The notes below the pieces were generated by a model, which saw only the letters and a program-made list of their open reading frames with translations, was not told where the DNA came from and made no database searches. A program made the position numbers and the translations under genes. A DNA stretch of 63,124 bases, the filler included, from Olpidium bornovanus S191 (lineage: Eukaryota; Fungi; Olpidiomycota), in the NCBI GenBank assembly GCA_017911155.1. It is 27 parts of 27 records of this genome, joined end to end, with 100 filler letters (N's around TTAATTAATTAA, not from the genome) between each part and the next. Parts side by side here need not be neighbours in the genome. Positions count along the whole stretch, not along the records: positions 12,517 to 14,511 come from JAEFCI010004846.1; positions 14,612 to 17,216 come from JAEFCI010001383.1; positions 17,317 to 20,981 come from JAEFCI010008569.1; positions 21,082 to 22,272 come from JAEFCI010004876.1; positions 22,373 to 27,384 come from JAEFCI010005073.1; 22 more parts are not named here. The stretch is one strand, 5' to 3'. The first letter of the stretch is position 1, and each line of letters opens with the position of its first letter. Of this stretch, positions 12,822 to 25,109 are shown one piece after another.

Positions 12822-13032
12822 CGGAAGAAAGCGAGAGAGCGAGAGCCGGATCTCTCGCGGGTGCGTGGGACAAACGGGGCAAAGTCACGTGATCACTCCT
12901 CCGATGGTCCCCCCCATTCCCCGTGTCGCAACGGCGGAAAATTCACGCCCCGTCGTCAGACAGCAAATAAAGAGAGAGAGAGAGAGGGAGAGAGAGAAAA
13001 AAATATTCGTGGCAACGAAGGAGCTCACGCCG

Positions 13033-14378
13033 ATGACGAGCGCAAGCGCACAAGCTTTCCAACACGCCTCCGGGTGCCCCGTTCGCGACCAGCCGGCCCG
13101 GCGAGAGCAGCAGCAGCAGGACCAGCGGGAGTCGGCGGGCGGCGGCCACCGCCAAGCCGCGGCCGACGGCCCTGCGCCGGCGGCCCCGGAGTCCCGCTGT
13201 CCCGTGGAGCACAACGGGTCGTCCTCGCCCTTCCTGAACCCGCTGAACAACATCCCCGCCGGCCTGTCGCAGCAGCCGAGCCCCGGGCAGAAGATAAGCC
13301 TGCCCACGGAGCGCTCCGTCAGCTCGATACCCAGGGGACGGCTCTCCCCGGAAGAGACCGGCAAGCCGCAGGCGGAAGGGGAGGTCCGCGGAGGCGAAGC
13401 GTACGGCCTCGGCGACAAGTGGGAGTACCCCAGCCCGCAGCAGTTCTACAACGCGCTCAAGCGCAAGGTTAGCCGGGCCACTGAGCAAACGGCTCGGGCT
13501 TGCGTTTCGCTTGTTGCGCCCGGCGGGTTTTTCTGCTGCCCGTTCTCTGAGAGGGTCCGCTCGTCCGTGAAAATCGAGCGTCCGTCAAAAGTCGCGCGGC
13601 TCACGCTCCCTCACCCCGACGGCCGCGGGATCGCGGGAAATGCGTAGTTTTGCCTTCGGGTTATCCGACGCTGCGTTGGCTGTAACCTGCTGCGTTTGTT
13701 TCCGCCGCATTCAAGGGGTGGGAAACTCCCGAAGAACACGTCGAGACAATGGTCGACATCCATAATTTCCTGAACGAGGGAGCGTGGGAGAAGGTGCTCG
13801 AATGGGAAAAACGGCATGACTCGTGAGTCTTGGTTTCCGTTGCCGCGAAATAAGATTGTTACGGGAGCGGAATTCCGAACCCTTTTTTCCCGCGTTCGCC
13901 GTCATTTTTTGCATTCAGGCAGTGCTGCGAGCCGAGAAGCCTGCTGAAATTCCGAGGCCGGCCGAACGACCTGACGCCAAAAGCTCGATTGATGATGTGG
14001 TTTTACGGGTGAGCGAATCGGGGTCAACCTTAGAAACCAGCCGGGGGCGTCCCAAGAAAAAATAAAACAAAGGATATAACAGATTAGCGCCGGAAGTAAT
14101 TAAGCCCTAACGAAATGTATACCCCCCCCCGCCTCTCCCGCAGTTCCCCTCGCCCATTCGATCGCCACGACTGGGTCGTCGACCGCTGCGGCCGGCATGT
14201 GCGCTACGTCATCGACTACTATTCTGCGCCGGAGGAGCCCGGCAACGCGCCCGCGTTCTACCTCGACGTTCGTCCGGCGCTCGACAGCCCGGAAGCGTTC
14301 TTGAGCCGGGCGAAGGCAGGGTTTTGGAACGCCTACGAGCGATTTACCGGAAGGACCGGCGGGAACGAGCCACAATAG
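13033..14378 (+). CDS. CYC3: Holocytochrome c synthase (cytochrome c heme lyase)
   Basis: Two CPV heme-regulatory motifs (SGCPV, SRCPV), [20 protein letters not shown] and [16 protein letters not shown]. Later exons give [40 protein letters not shown] and [23 protein letters not shown]...LDVRPALD. The HNFLNEG.W motif is Cyc3-type. Confidence 0.95.
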
Positions 14379-14426
14379 CGCCCAATCCGGGTGCTGCCCG
14401 TACGCGCGCGCTGCTCCACCTTTCTC

Positions 14427-14494
<68 letters not shown>

Positions 14495-15860
14495 CCCCGC
14501 CCCCCGCCCCCNNNNNNNNNNNNNNNNNNNNNNNNNNNNNNNNNNNNNNNNNNNNTTAATTAATTAANNNNNNNNNNNNNNNNNNNNNNNNNNNNNNNNN
14601 NNNNNNNNNNNCATGATTCCAAAGGGTTGAAAGCTGTGTCAGGGGCGTACTCGTGCTTAGGGTTAGGCTAGTGGTGTTGTCGCGACCGTGCGTTCTTTCC
14701 AACGCGGCTCTGCCGGCACAAGCCGGGTCATCGGTGCATTGTCAACACCTTCGCCGCCGAGTGGCAGCAGGCGTTGGCTTCCGGCACCTACCGGCAGTGG
14801 GTGCACGAAAACGACGATCAGCCATTTGGTGGGGGCGAGGAGACATATGTGGACAGAATTCCACCCCAACGAGCCGCCAACGGGAGGGCGTTGGCGGTGG
14901 ACGAATCGCGACACAGGACGGTTCCGTCCGGATGAAGTGTGGCCAGGAGATCTCTGGGCGCCGAAACCTCATCTTCTAGTAGTTGCTTCACCAGCTGCAC
15001 GGCCATACTGGAGTCAAAAAGCGGCTTGGAGGAGTCTGCCAAGGGAAGCTGGGGCAAGACGACTGGCAACGCAGGTTGGAAGTCGGAATACGGACATTCG
15101 GCAAGGATTACGCGCTGTTCATTTCCTCTGCGGTCAGGTGCGGTGGCCTGCCGTCCGTTTGCAACGTTTTTTTTTCCTTTGGCTTTAGTTACCATTTTAC
15201 TGCAATTCTACGCTTAAGTAGGATAGAAATGTGCTGGAATAGCATTTAGCTCAATAGCGTCGGGCCTCCTGATTCTGTACCGGGCCAGGAGGAGAGGCGG
15301 TTGCAGAGCGGTTAGGGCGCTCGGCTGGCCCCCTCCCCGAACCTCATCATCGCACCACAGCAATAAACAAAACTAGCCCCGCCGGCCAGGAAGACGTTTT
15401 CGACGGGCTTGGGGCCTTCGGCCGGTTCTCAGTCCGACGCCTTGCGACCGCGGCACCCACGACGACGGGCGGTCGGCACGCTCCGTCGGTCGGGAGAACA
15501 ACGCGCGAGGCGGTGGTCCTGTCAAGGGTCGGCTTCGAGGAAGCCTTGGCGAGGTGCGGGGACAATTCGGAGATTCATCTTTTTCGGCACCTCGTAAGCC
15601 AGCCCGGCAGCTGCCCGTCCAACCCTGCCGAAAATCCGGTCCTTACGCTTCGTGGTCGGACATACGACTGGACGTTCCTCCGCTTTCCGGGACAGTTATA
15701 TGCTTTGCTTTCATGCACATTTTGTAAATAATTGGGGAAAATCATGCACGTTGCGTATTTGGCAAAAATAAAAATCCACATAAACAAATTATTATTCCCC
15801 TTAATCTATACATTGCTGCTGGCTATCTAAAGCAGAGTGGATTCCTATTTTGTACAAAAC

Positions 15861-15943
15861 GGGGAGATGGCCGAGTTGGTCTAAGGCGTCAGATTAAGGC
15901 TCTGATCTCTTCGGAGGCAAGGGTTCGAATCCCTTTCTCCTCA
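15861..15943 (+). tRNA. tRNA-Leu (AAG)
   Basis: GGGGAGA/TCTCCTC acceptor stem, D-loop TGGCCGAGTTGGTCTAAGGC, anticodon arm TCAGA-TTAAGGC-TCTGA, long variable arm and GGTTCGAATCC T-loop. No encoded CCA; a TTTTT Pol III terminator follows. Confidence 0.97.
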
Positions 15944-17316
15944 TTTTTGTTTTCTGTTGGTTTTTTTTTTTTTTTTCATCAAAGCTTTCCTTTTCTATTT
16001 TCATTGTTACCGAAAGTACCCGCCCTGGCCTCTTTGCCCTCCCCATCCCAGCAGCTCACTCCACCGTCTCCTCTCTTCCCTACCATCCCCTTATTGTCAG
16101 ACCATCTACAAGTTGGAGAAATTGCTTTCGACAATTGCCTATTGCCCCACGTGCGTTGGTTAGACTCACGGAGGGCCCCCACCGTGCCTTGCCGCAAGCA
16201 CCGCCAGCGAGGTTTCGCTGGCCTCAGGCTAGCCTCCGAAACGCCGCTGAACCAACTCGGACACCGAGTTCGCGGCAAGCTGCCGTATGCAACGATGTTA
16301 AACTGGCGTGAAAATCGAACCCGGGCTGACACGATGTCGGGAAGCCGGATGCTCCCGGCCCTCTCGTTCGGTACCCGCACCGGGCGAAAGCAAGGATAAC
16401 CTGATCTTAACTGAATTAACGCCAGGAATTCAGCGTGTTCGGCTGGACGCGGTGGTAAGCCGGCGGAAGTTCGTCACGCCTGTTCAAACGTGCGCAGCCC
16501 GCTGACGAGCTCGTCGCGCCAACCCCAGGGCAACTAGTTGGCCCCCGGGACCAACGACAAGACTCCACCGGCGATGGAGGAACTTGCTGGTCTAACACCT
16601 TGTATCGAATCGCGTACATTTGGTGAGGATACAATTCTCAGATGACTCCAAAACCGCGATGGCGTCGCGGCAGCCGAACGGACGCCGCCACAGCAGAGCG
16701 CCTCAGCCGCTTCCGGCGGGAGGCGACTCCGCCGCCAAACGTCGAGCACGCCGGGATTTGAGGCAACGCGGCGCATACGTGGGAAATGTGGTGCGGCCAC
16801 CCAGGCCGCTGTCCCCAGGCTGTCGTCGGCTCGGCGCGCGCCGCACGGCGCGGCTCTTTCGCCAAGGCTAAAACGAGAGCCGCCTCGTTTGCGGGTTAGC
16901 GGGTTTGTACGTAATTTTTCGTTCGTGAAGGGATCGGTTCGTTTTAATCGCCGAGGGATCATTGGGGGGTTTATATCCTAATCTGCAATCGTTTTTGGAT
17001 ACAGTCGAAAAACATTGTTTATGGGATTGTGAAATCGAATGAATGATCAGTGAAATAGTCGGTGAAGCAAACGAGGCTAATGGCAGATGCGTGCATCGAT
17101 AAAACTTTTGGGGCCGGTGCAAAAGTATCTTCGCACCACGCTCTGTCCGCCCGTACAATTTCAAGCGCGGCGTCGCTCTGGATACACCGTGTGCCAATGT
17201 TTACGGCGAAAACATGNNNNNNNNNNNNNNNNNNNNNNNNNNNNNNNNNNNNNNNNNNNNTTAATTAATTAANNNNNNNNNNNNNNNNNNNNNNNNNNNN
17301 NNNNNNNNNNNNNNNN

Positions 17317-17367
<51 letters not shown>

Positions 17368-17382
17368 GTCCGGGACGCAAAC

Positions 17383-17889
17383 ATGGGCACGCGCAACAAC
17401 CCGCACAAGAAGACCCGCAAATTCGAGAGCGAGAAAAGGGCGCAGCGGAAGAGGGCGAAGCTCGCCGCCGCCGCCGCCGCGCTCGGCCCCCGGAAAACCT
17501 CGAGCGTGGTCGTGGCGAAGAGGGCAAGGAGAGACAGGATCCTGGCAAAAAACGTGCGTTTTTGTTCTTGTTCTTTTCGTTCCTTTCGTTTTGTTTTGTG
17601 CCTTTCTTTCTTTTTTCTTTACTCCCTTTCACCCGCTTCACCCCTCACGCAGTTCGCGAACGACCTGGTCAAGAAGGGCCTGCGGGAGCCCGACGCGACC
17701 ATGGTAGACGTCGGCGCCGAGGAGGAGGCGTGCATGGTCCTTACCAGAAGAACAACAGCCGACGCCAAGAAAGTTTCTAAGAAGCGGCTGAGGCTCGAGC
17801 GCTTGCGGCGCGAGGCGGAGGACGACCTCGCAGGCTTGACCGTCGTGGAAGACGGCATGGGCCCCGTCCTCGGCGGGCCGTCGTCCTGA
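17383..17889 (+). CDS. ALB1: Alb1-like 60S ribosome biogenesis protein
   Basis: Short basic protein with a 99-nt GT-AG intron (17554-17652). It has KRAQRKRA near the N-terminus and a C-terminal GLTVVEDGMGPVLGGP resembling the Alb1 G.GTTLGGP tail. Confidence 0.6.
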   Translation: MGTRNNPHKKTRKFESEKRAQRKRAKLAAAAAALGPRKTSSVVVAKRARRDRILAKNVRFCSCSFRSFRFVLCLSFFFLYSLSPASPLTQFANDLVKKGLREPDATMVDVGAEEEACMVLTRRTTADAKKVSKKRLRLERLRREAEDDLAGLTVVEDGMGPVLGGPSS

Positions 17890-18623
17890 AAAAAAAAAGG
17901 AGGAAAGACAGGAAGAAAAAAAAAGGAAAAAAAAACAAAAAGGACCATGCCCTTGTCCTGTTCGAAGCGGCCGCGGTATTTATCCCAGCCGCGGCTGTTT
18001 TCGCCGGTCCGCTTCGATTCCTGCGCGCGCAACCGCAGGCGCGGCGGATGCCTTTCTAGGTATCCCCGTTGTTGCTTTTTGGAATGTCCCCGTTATATAC
18101 ATGCACTTATCCTGCTGGTGGATACCCGGCCGCTTTTCGCCCCGAATATGCCCGCGCACGCAAAACATCAATGATCACGCCTGCGTGGCGTTACGGCCGC
18201 TCCCTTCTAAACCCGTGACGGGCGGCGGCATAAAGTCTTCGACACCACCCCGACGTCCTTTAATTACGCTTCGTCAAATTCTGTCTGGTGCATAATCCCG
18301 CGCGGAAAAGTTTCGAGACCTAAAGTCCGCGTGAAATTTTGCGAGGGATCGGATCGCGCAAATTTCGGCGCGCTGGAGAGAGTTGAATCCATCGACGAAA
18401 AGAAGGTTCGGACTTCGTCGTTGCAAAAAGTCGAGACGCCGCGAAGCATTTGGCGAGTCGGACGAAACTAAGAAAAAATTGGCGAAGTAATCCTGTGTAC
18501 TGGTTATTTACACGCGGGCTTCACGGCGGCGCGGTCCGGCCGCGGCAGCGCTGTGCGCCCGAACCCACAACCCTTCGTTGAGCCCTGCTTCTGCCCGCCG
18601 GCGGGTCCGCCGGAGACTTTCTC

Positions 18624-20206
18624 TCAAGGACGGGATGTCAGCGCCGCCGCACTCCCCGTCCCCGCCGCGGGCGTCTTCGACAGGAGGAACAACTGTGGTG
18701 TTCTGGCTCCGAGCCGACGCTTGCTTTCCTCCTCGTGTTTCCACGGCTGACGTTGCTCCCCGGCCGCCGCCGCCCCGTCGTCGCAGGTCCTGACGGCGGG
18801 CTGATGATTCCGTCGGCTCGGCGGCCGGCCATAATTGTCTGCCGCGGCCGAACCTGTTCCTCCCCTGACGCCGCCGGCCCTGCTCTGCGCCACGCGGTCT
18901 GCCGCGACAAGCACCGAAACCCTGGTGTCCGCTAACGCCGCCAGCGTCTGCAGGTTCCGGAGCTCCTCCTCTGCAGGAGGAGGCCGGCAGAAAACCCCCG
19001 GCCGTGGACCTCGCCCGCTTGCAGCGCCGTCTGTAAGTCCCGCCAGCGGGTAGGCGGCCTGCGGTTGCGTGCGCCGCCGGAAGTCGATGTCGAAAGCCTG
19101 GACAGATGAGTATGCGGATGCGGCCGCCACAGTCGGCGGCGCCTGCGGCCGCTCTTGGTGTTGGAATTGCCGGAGCTGCTCGTTCAGCTGGTGCTGCTGC
19201 TCCTGCTGCTGCTTCTGCTTCTGCTGCTGCTGCTGCTGCTGCTGAGTCGGAAACGAGAGGGGAGCGAGCGGCACGATGAAGTACCCCGGTTGGCCTCGCG
19301 GCGGGAACCCCGGCTCGCCCGTGGGTCGAGAAAGCAGCGGTGTCGGAAGTGGCCGCAGAGAACCAAACTCTGCGGGATCCGCCGGTGAGAGCGATGCCTG
19401 CGCCCTCGACTGCCGGAAAACGCGGTGCACGGGGCCGGAGCCGAGGTCTCTGCCGAAATTCGGAGAAAGTTGGGAATCCGTCAGCTCACGAAGTCTCCGA
19501 GGCGTCTCGGCCGGAAGCCGTCAAAAAAAGAGGAAAAACAAAGTAAAAACAAAAAAAAAAAAAAACGAGAGAGAGAGAGAGGGGGAAAAAGAGAGAACGC
19601 GCGCGCGTTTTTCGGGGAAACGTACCGGGCGTCTGCCGGGCAAAGCGGGTGGTTGTGCGTCATGACGGTGCCGCGTCTGAATGCCCACGACTTCTCCGCG
19701 GCGAGGTGCAGGGTCACCCTCCAGGGGCACCCGCAGCGGTCGCTGGCCCGGTTGCGCCTGCGCCTGCCGGTGTCCTTCTTCGCCTCGGGAATGCCCTCGC
19801 GCGAGCACACGACGTAGACGAAGTTCTCCTTCGAGGAGCGGCGGCGGACGCCGAAGCCGCGGTGCTCGGTGGCGACGCGGAGCGAGGCCAGGGCGTCGTC
19901 GGCGGAGGCGAACAAGCGCCCGAAGACGACCTCTTCCCCGCCGCCCCCGTCGTCGAGATCCTGGACCGGCGGCCAGGCGCGCGGCGCAGCCCCGACTTCT
20001 TCCCCGCCGGCGCCGGCGCCGTCGAGATCCTGGGCCGGCGGCCAGGCGCGCGGCGCAGCCCCGCGGCTGGGGCGTCGGGCGCCGGGGCCCCCCGGTTCTT
20101 CCGGCGGCAAGCTCTCCCCTTTCACGAGCGCCGGCGGGGAGGACGCCGGGCGACCGTGGGACGCGATCGCGGTCGCGGCCGCGCCGGTTGGATCGGCGGA
20201 GGTCAT
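18624..20206 (-). CDS. FAR1/AFT-type (WRKY-GCM1 fold) DNA-binding protein with a polyQ C-terminal region
   Basis: Exon 1: FASADDALASL...GFGVRRRSSKENFVYVVCSREG...RASDRCGCPWRVTLHLAAEKSWAFRRGTVMTHNHPL (C..C..HxH). A GTACGT...CAG intron at 19625-19450 splices in frame to the polyQ ORF 18624-19430. Confidence 0.8.
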
Positions 20207-20624
20207 ATTTGCGGCGATCTGCGAGGAAGTCGCGGACGGAGAAAAAAAATGTCGGGAGGCGGATCGGCCGGCGATTGGGCGGACGCGGCGGGGATCTGGC
20301 CGCCTTCGAGGAAGAGAGAGGGGAGGTGGCCGAAGACGGCAAGCCGGGGCAAAGGGCGAGGCGAGGCGGGCGAGGTTTGCGGGGGCGGGATCCGATCGGC
20401 GGTCGCCGCTTGAGAGGAGAAGGTAAGTCCTCCCACCCTCCTCCGTCCTTTCGGGACGGCGGCGAGCAGACACAGACCGCTCGCGCGAACAAGGGCGGGA
20501 ACGACGCGGCCCGGGCAGGTGGTGTTGTGACGGCGAGAAAATGAGGGGAAATGAGTGAAGCCTCTCCAACCGCCCGAATCTGATGCGCGTTCTGCGGTCG
20601 GTCCCCCCTTCTCCCGCCTGGCTA

Positions 20625-20664
<40 letters not shown>

Positions 20665-21097
20665 GCTTTCTCTCTCCCTCCGCTCGTCCGCGTGGTCCCT
20701 TTGTTGATCGAGCTGACCTCCGGAAGGTTGGGGGGTGGTGGAGGGGGGGACGCGGCGGGGACGCGGTCTGGTGGGTGGGGGGGGGGGAACAGGCTCGTAA
20801 ATGTATTGGAACCGCCGTGCGTGCAGTACTTTACCCCGCAGTCTACCCCGCAGTGCTTTAACGAACGTACCATAAAAGGAGGAGGAGGGGGCGCTGGCCG
20901 TTTCTCTTTTTTCCCTTTCCTTCGTTTGGGGTCGCGACAATGGCGCGCTGCAGCGAATGCTCAGTTTGCTTTCCACACATGNNNNNNNNNNNNNNNNNNN
21001 NNNNNNNNNNNNNNNNNNNNNNNNNTTAATTAATTAANNNNNNNNNNNNNNNNNNNNNNNNNNNNNNNNNNNNNNNNNNNNAATCATCTGGCTTACA

Positions 21098-21900
21098 CTG
21101 GACAATCTTCTCCACGTCCACCGCATCAAGAGCATCGTGGAGAACGAGGATCTGCACAGCGCTCAACGTGTAGAGAAGATGCGGGTCGTGCCGAACATGG
21201 CCGCAGAAACCGCCTGACGCGACATAATTTCGAGTACCCCAGAACGGCTGTCAGCCGGGAAGCCTCGACAGCGGAACATGACGGCGGGAGGAGTGGTGCA
21301 ACTCGCATGGAATATGAACACGAGGTGGGGCGATGCGGGGTAAAGGGGCGGTATCTAAATAGAGGGAGGACTGAGGCAAATAAAACGGAGGCAACAAAGC
21401 ACAAGAGAACACGCTACCGTTCTCGGCCTGACAGCTCGCAACGTACGCGATCACGTCTTCCCGCTTCAACGCGTCGAGATGACCGAGCAGGTCCAGCGCC
21501 ACCAGGCCCCAGTATACACCGCTGAGCCGCAGGTGTTCGGTTGCCAAGTATTCGTATTCGTCAGTTTTCTGCGTCGAGCGGACGGAGTATTGCGTCGGAA
21601 CGGGTGGACGTAAACCTCGGGGAACGCGGAAGGGCTCCTCTCTCTGCTGACGAAAAAAAATGAAAAAAAAAATGAAAAGAAAGAAAGAAACAGGCGCGCG
21701 CGCGCGCAGCGCCGCCCTGTAGCCTGAGGCTCAAAAATGCACGGTCGTGATGGGCACGAACGACCGAGGAGGTTTTTCTTCTGTTTTTTTTTCTTATTTT
21801 TTTTTTGGAGCTCAACTCCGGCGTACGCACGGTGCCCAGACTCTGTATGTACTTGACGTGCAGGTCCGCCAATAGCTTCGGCTTGGTTACTGCCGGCTTC
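21098..21900 (-). CDS. BET2: Rab geranylgeranyltransferase (GGTase II) beta subunit, partial
   Basis: [15 protein letters not shown] | [51 protein letters not shown] | [26 protein letters not shown] introns at 21830-21569 and 21417-21214. The start codon was not located. Confidence 0.93.
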
Positions 21901-22395
21901 GAATCGTCAGCCGATCGCGGGCGACGTTGCGATACGACAAAGGGGCCAACGATCTGTCCCGTGTCCGCAGACGCTGCACCAGCAGCGCAAAAACCGTGGC
22001 CGGAACCCGCGTAGGGGCGGCCCTCAAACCAGCGCTGCCGTTAGGCCGCGGAACTCCCCGGGGCACCCTTCCGCTTCCCTCCTCTTCCGTCAAGTTGCCC
22101 TTTCGGCTCTCCTCCCAGCCGCTGCAAGAATCGTTTGTCGTTTGTACCGTTCATGGTTCTTGTTCTTTTCTCGGTTTTTTCCCCCCCCCCCCCCCCCCCC
22201 CTCCGCCCCCCCCCCCCTCCTCCCCCCCCCCCCCCGCCCCCTCGCCCCCCCCCCCCCCCCCCCCGCCGCGCCNNNNNNNNNNNNNNNNNNNNNNNNNNNN
22301 NNNNNNNNNNNNNNNNTTAATTAATTAANNNNNNNNNNNNNNNNNNNNNNNNNNNNNNNNNNNNNNNNNNNNAGCCTTGCTTCTGTTTCCCCGTC

Positions 22396-22600
22396 TTGTG
22401 TCTTTGGCACGAATTGCAGAAAGCCACCCAAGTGGCGACATCGTTCCGCATCTTCGGCCAGAAATACTTCTTGTCGAGGGCCAAAAACATGGATGTCTAC
22501 AGGAAAAATCTCACAGGAAAGGCTGCTGAATATGCAGTTAAAAAATCCGGATCACACCGGAGAATCCCTGCATCAGTGCTTCTAAATATCAATGCATTGT
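22396..22600 (+). mobile_element. Remnant of a fungal DDE (Tc1/IS630-like) transposase C-terminus
   Basis: KYFLSRAKNMDVYRKNLTGKAAEYAVKKSGSHRRIP resembles the ...R(F/Y)MDAYR.GL.G..A.(W/Y)AVKK..(S/G)HR tail recalled from fungal DDE transposases. No upstream catalytic part on this contig. Confidence 0.4.
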
Positions 22601-23159
22601 TGACGTAGCAGACCGACGTTTTGCACAGTTTGGCACAGCGGCCAAATTTCCGCTCCGTCATACAAATTTAAAAAAACTGGACCTTTATTGACCGCTGATA
22701 ATTCGGCCAAAAAAAAGATACCAGGAATCCGCTTCTATTAGGATGTTTGTTGATGTCAAAACATCAACTTTATGGAGTGTTTTTAGCTTTAGCGCAGCTG
22801 TGGTCGACGCAGATACGTGGCTACGATGGTAGCTGGCTTTAAGTGTCACGCACTATAGTGGGATAAAGAGCAGTCAAAAGAGCGAAAAAAAAACCAGGGA
22901 AAAAAGTGTTGTGAACCGAAAGATTTGCGCTCTACGGTCACGTGATCAACAATGATGCCAAGGACCGGGAGGGGAGTCCCCCTGGGCTTCTTCCTCCCGT
23001 TGCCAACGCAAACACAAACAAAAGAGAGAGAGAGAGAGCGAAGTGCCCCTTTTCCGCAACACGTTATCAGCACCATTGCCGGCGCCAGCCCCATTGCCAA
23101 GCGCCCGTAGCTTTGCCCTCTCTCCCGCCGCTTTGCCGACGCACCTCCGCCTAGCGGAG

Positions 23160-23450
23160 GGAACAGGGAGATACTGCTGAAGATCCCAGAGCAGCGCCCC
23201 GTGGGGCCTGCGCCAGAGAGACATGCGGCCCAGCCGCTCGGGGGTGGCTGCGAACGAACCCAGAACAAGAAGAACGCCAAGGGAAAGGCCAAGCCCAAGG
23301 CCAAGGCGGGTGCACTCGGCGCCCGTACTGGCGGCGGCGTCGCGAAGCGGGCCCAGCCCGCCGACACTCCCATTTGCAACCGGTGCGGTCGCCAGGGTCA
23401 CCTGGCCAACGTCTGTAGAGCCTCCGAATACCTGGTGAACATCCATCTTC
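23160..23450 (+). mobile_element. Ty1/copia gag C-terminal remnant with CCHC zinc knuckle
   Basis: NREILLKIPEQRPVGPAPE...CNRCGRQGHLANVCRASEYLVNIH. CX2CX4HX4C with copia-type flanks; an in-frame stop lies upstream and no pol follows. Confidence 0.7.
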
Positions 23451-23745
23451 CAGGAGCTCCACAAGCTTTGGGAGGAGGTTGCGGCCGCGCGCCGTCAAAC
23501 CTGTTAGATTCCTCGTCCTCTTCTCTTTTCTCTTCGTTTTATTACCTGTAGTCGGAACCCCTGAATGTTCCCGTACTACTACTAAAAGGCCTATTCAAGG
23601 GCTTTAAAACGGGCTTTACGCCACCCTGGTCCGGTCAAGCCTTGCCGAGAACCAACAGTACCATGTCAGGAGTCATATCCACGCCTAACACGGCGTACCT
23701 GGCGACGCGCCGTTGGTCAGAACCCCTGAATTTGGGACCGGTGGA

Positions 23746-23876
23746 CGGGCGGGACGGGCGGCGACGGGCGGCAACGGGCTGCGATGGGCAGTGACGGGCG
23801 GGAACGGGCGGGACGGGGGGGGACGGGCAGGACGGGGCAAGATGGGACGGGCAGGACGGGGCGGGATGGGACGGGA
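23746..23876 (+). repeat. Degenerate 9-10 bp GC-rich tandem repeat (GACGGGCGG-like)
   Basis: More than 10 imperfect GGACGGG/GGCGACGGG units in a row. Confidence 0.8.
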
Positions 23877-24056
23877 AGGGTTTTTTTTTTTGGGAGAAAA
23901 AAGGGAAGGCTGTCAAACAGCCTGTGGCAGGCGAGCGTGTTTCCTCCCGTGCCGCCCGATCGGCACCGGGACGAAAGGGGTCACGTGACCTCCCTACCCG
24001 CCACCGACCGACCCCGGAGCACGCCGAGGACCGGCCGGGACGCGACCGTCGACCTG

Positions 24057-24900
24057 GGTTTTCTCGGCCCACAGGCAGCCGATCGGGACGATTTTAGGCT
24101 CATTCGAACGGCCTCTTCTCGCTCCATAAGCGTGCCGAGTTTCGCGAAAAACGACGCGCTTTTAACGGACCAGGATGGGTTTGAATGACCCGGGGGGGCG
24201 GACTCCCCCCGGACAAGGGTCGCGATCGCCGCGATGTTTGACCGAAAAAATTTTAACGCCCACCGCTTGTACACCAATCGATAGCCCTCTCCGAGAGCTT
24301 TCGAACGTATCCGGGCTCGCCGCGTTTGGCCGCCCCTGCGCCGAGAACGAGCTCGAAACGACCACCGACTCCGCCGACCACCCTGCGCCGACGGCGGCCC
24401 AGCACCCCGTACCCCCCGGCCCCGGTTTTCTCGGCACCCCGGAAGCCGACAACGACGAGCCTGGGCTCGTTCGAACCGCCTCGCCGAGACCTATCCAACG
24501 ACCCAAGAATCACGGCGAACGGACCCCGGACCGCCGAGAAAACCGCCCGCCGACGACCCTCCATGCTAGCGCGCCCTCACCGCCCGAGGGTGCCCCCTTT
24601 CACCACCGGGGTGGGTCACGTTACCCCGCCGCCGGTATTTGGTGTGCCCGGTCCCCAACGCCACCGGCAACCGGCCCGTACACCAAGAATTCTCCGAGAT
24701 CACCTGGCAACACGGTGAGGACGCCCACCCACCCGCACCGACAAGGGAAGAACCTACCGGTTCACCCGGTTGCGGTTTTCTCGGCGCCCAGCCCTCGGAC
24801 AGCACCGCGCAAAAAATCGCCGGAACCGCCTCGCCAAGGCCTTTCCAACGAGCCCAAAATCACCCGGATCCGACAACCCCCTGCCAAGAAATCACGGCCG
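24057..24900 (+). repeat. Three diverged ~350-370 bp monomers
   Basis: The anchor GGTTTTCTCGGC occurs at 24057, 24424 and 24774. Each is followed by GAAC(G/C)GCCTC; AGCCGA..GACGA is shared by copies 1-2 and CCAACGA.CC..AATCAC by copies 2-3. Confidence 0.7.
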
Positions 24901-25109
24901 GAGGGTCATGCCTTGCACCGGCCCACCCGGTGCACCCGCCGGCGTCCCTGCCGACACCCCCGATGAGCTCATAACGGCCCCTGAGACCATCGCCGAGTCC
25001 GCCGAGACCCCCCCCGGGGCCCCGGGGGTCCCGCCCGGAACAAGACTTAGCGATAATGCCCCCGTTTCCACCATCATAACACCCGCCCCCCCTATTTCAC
25101 TAGGAGACA

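Noticed and set aside
14068-14078. ATATCCTT on the minus strand (also GTATCCTT near 57290)
   Set aside because: U12-like 5' splice sequence, but antisense to the CYC3 intron or inside the minisatellite with no exon context; treated as chance.
14818-15195. Protein-like ORF (ECPYSDFQPALPVVLPQ...)
   Set aside because: No family, start or splice structure could be established; both strands have comparable open frames.
16000-16650. Structured ncRNA (RNase P/MRP or telomerase RNA) downstream of the tRNA
   Set aside because: No conserved boxes recognisable by eye; would need cmscan against Rfam.
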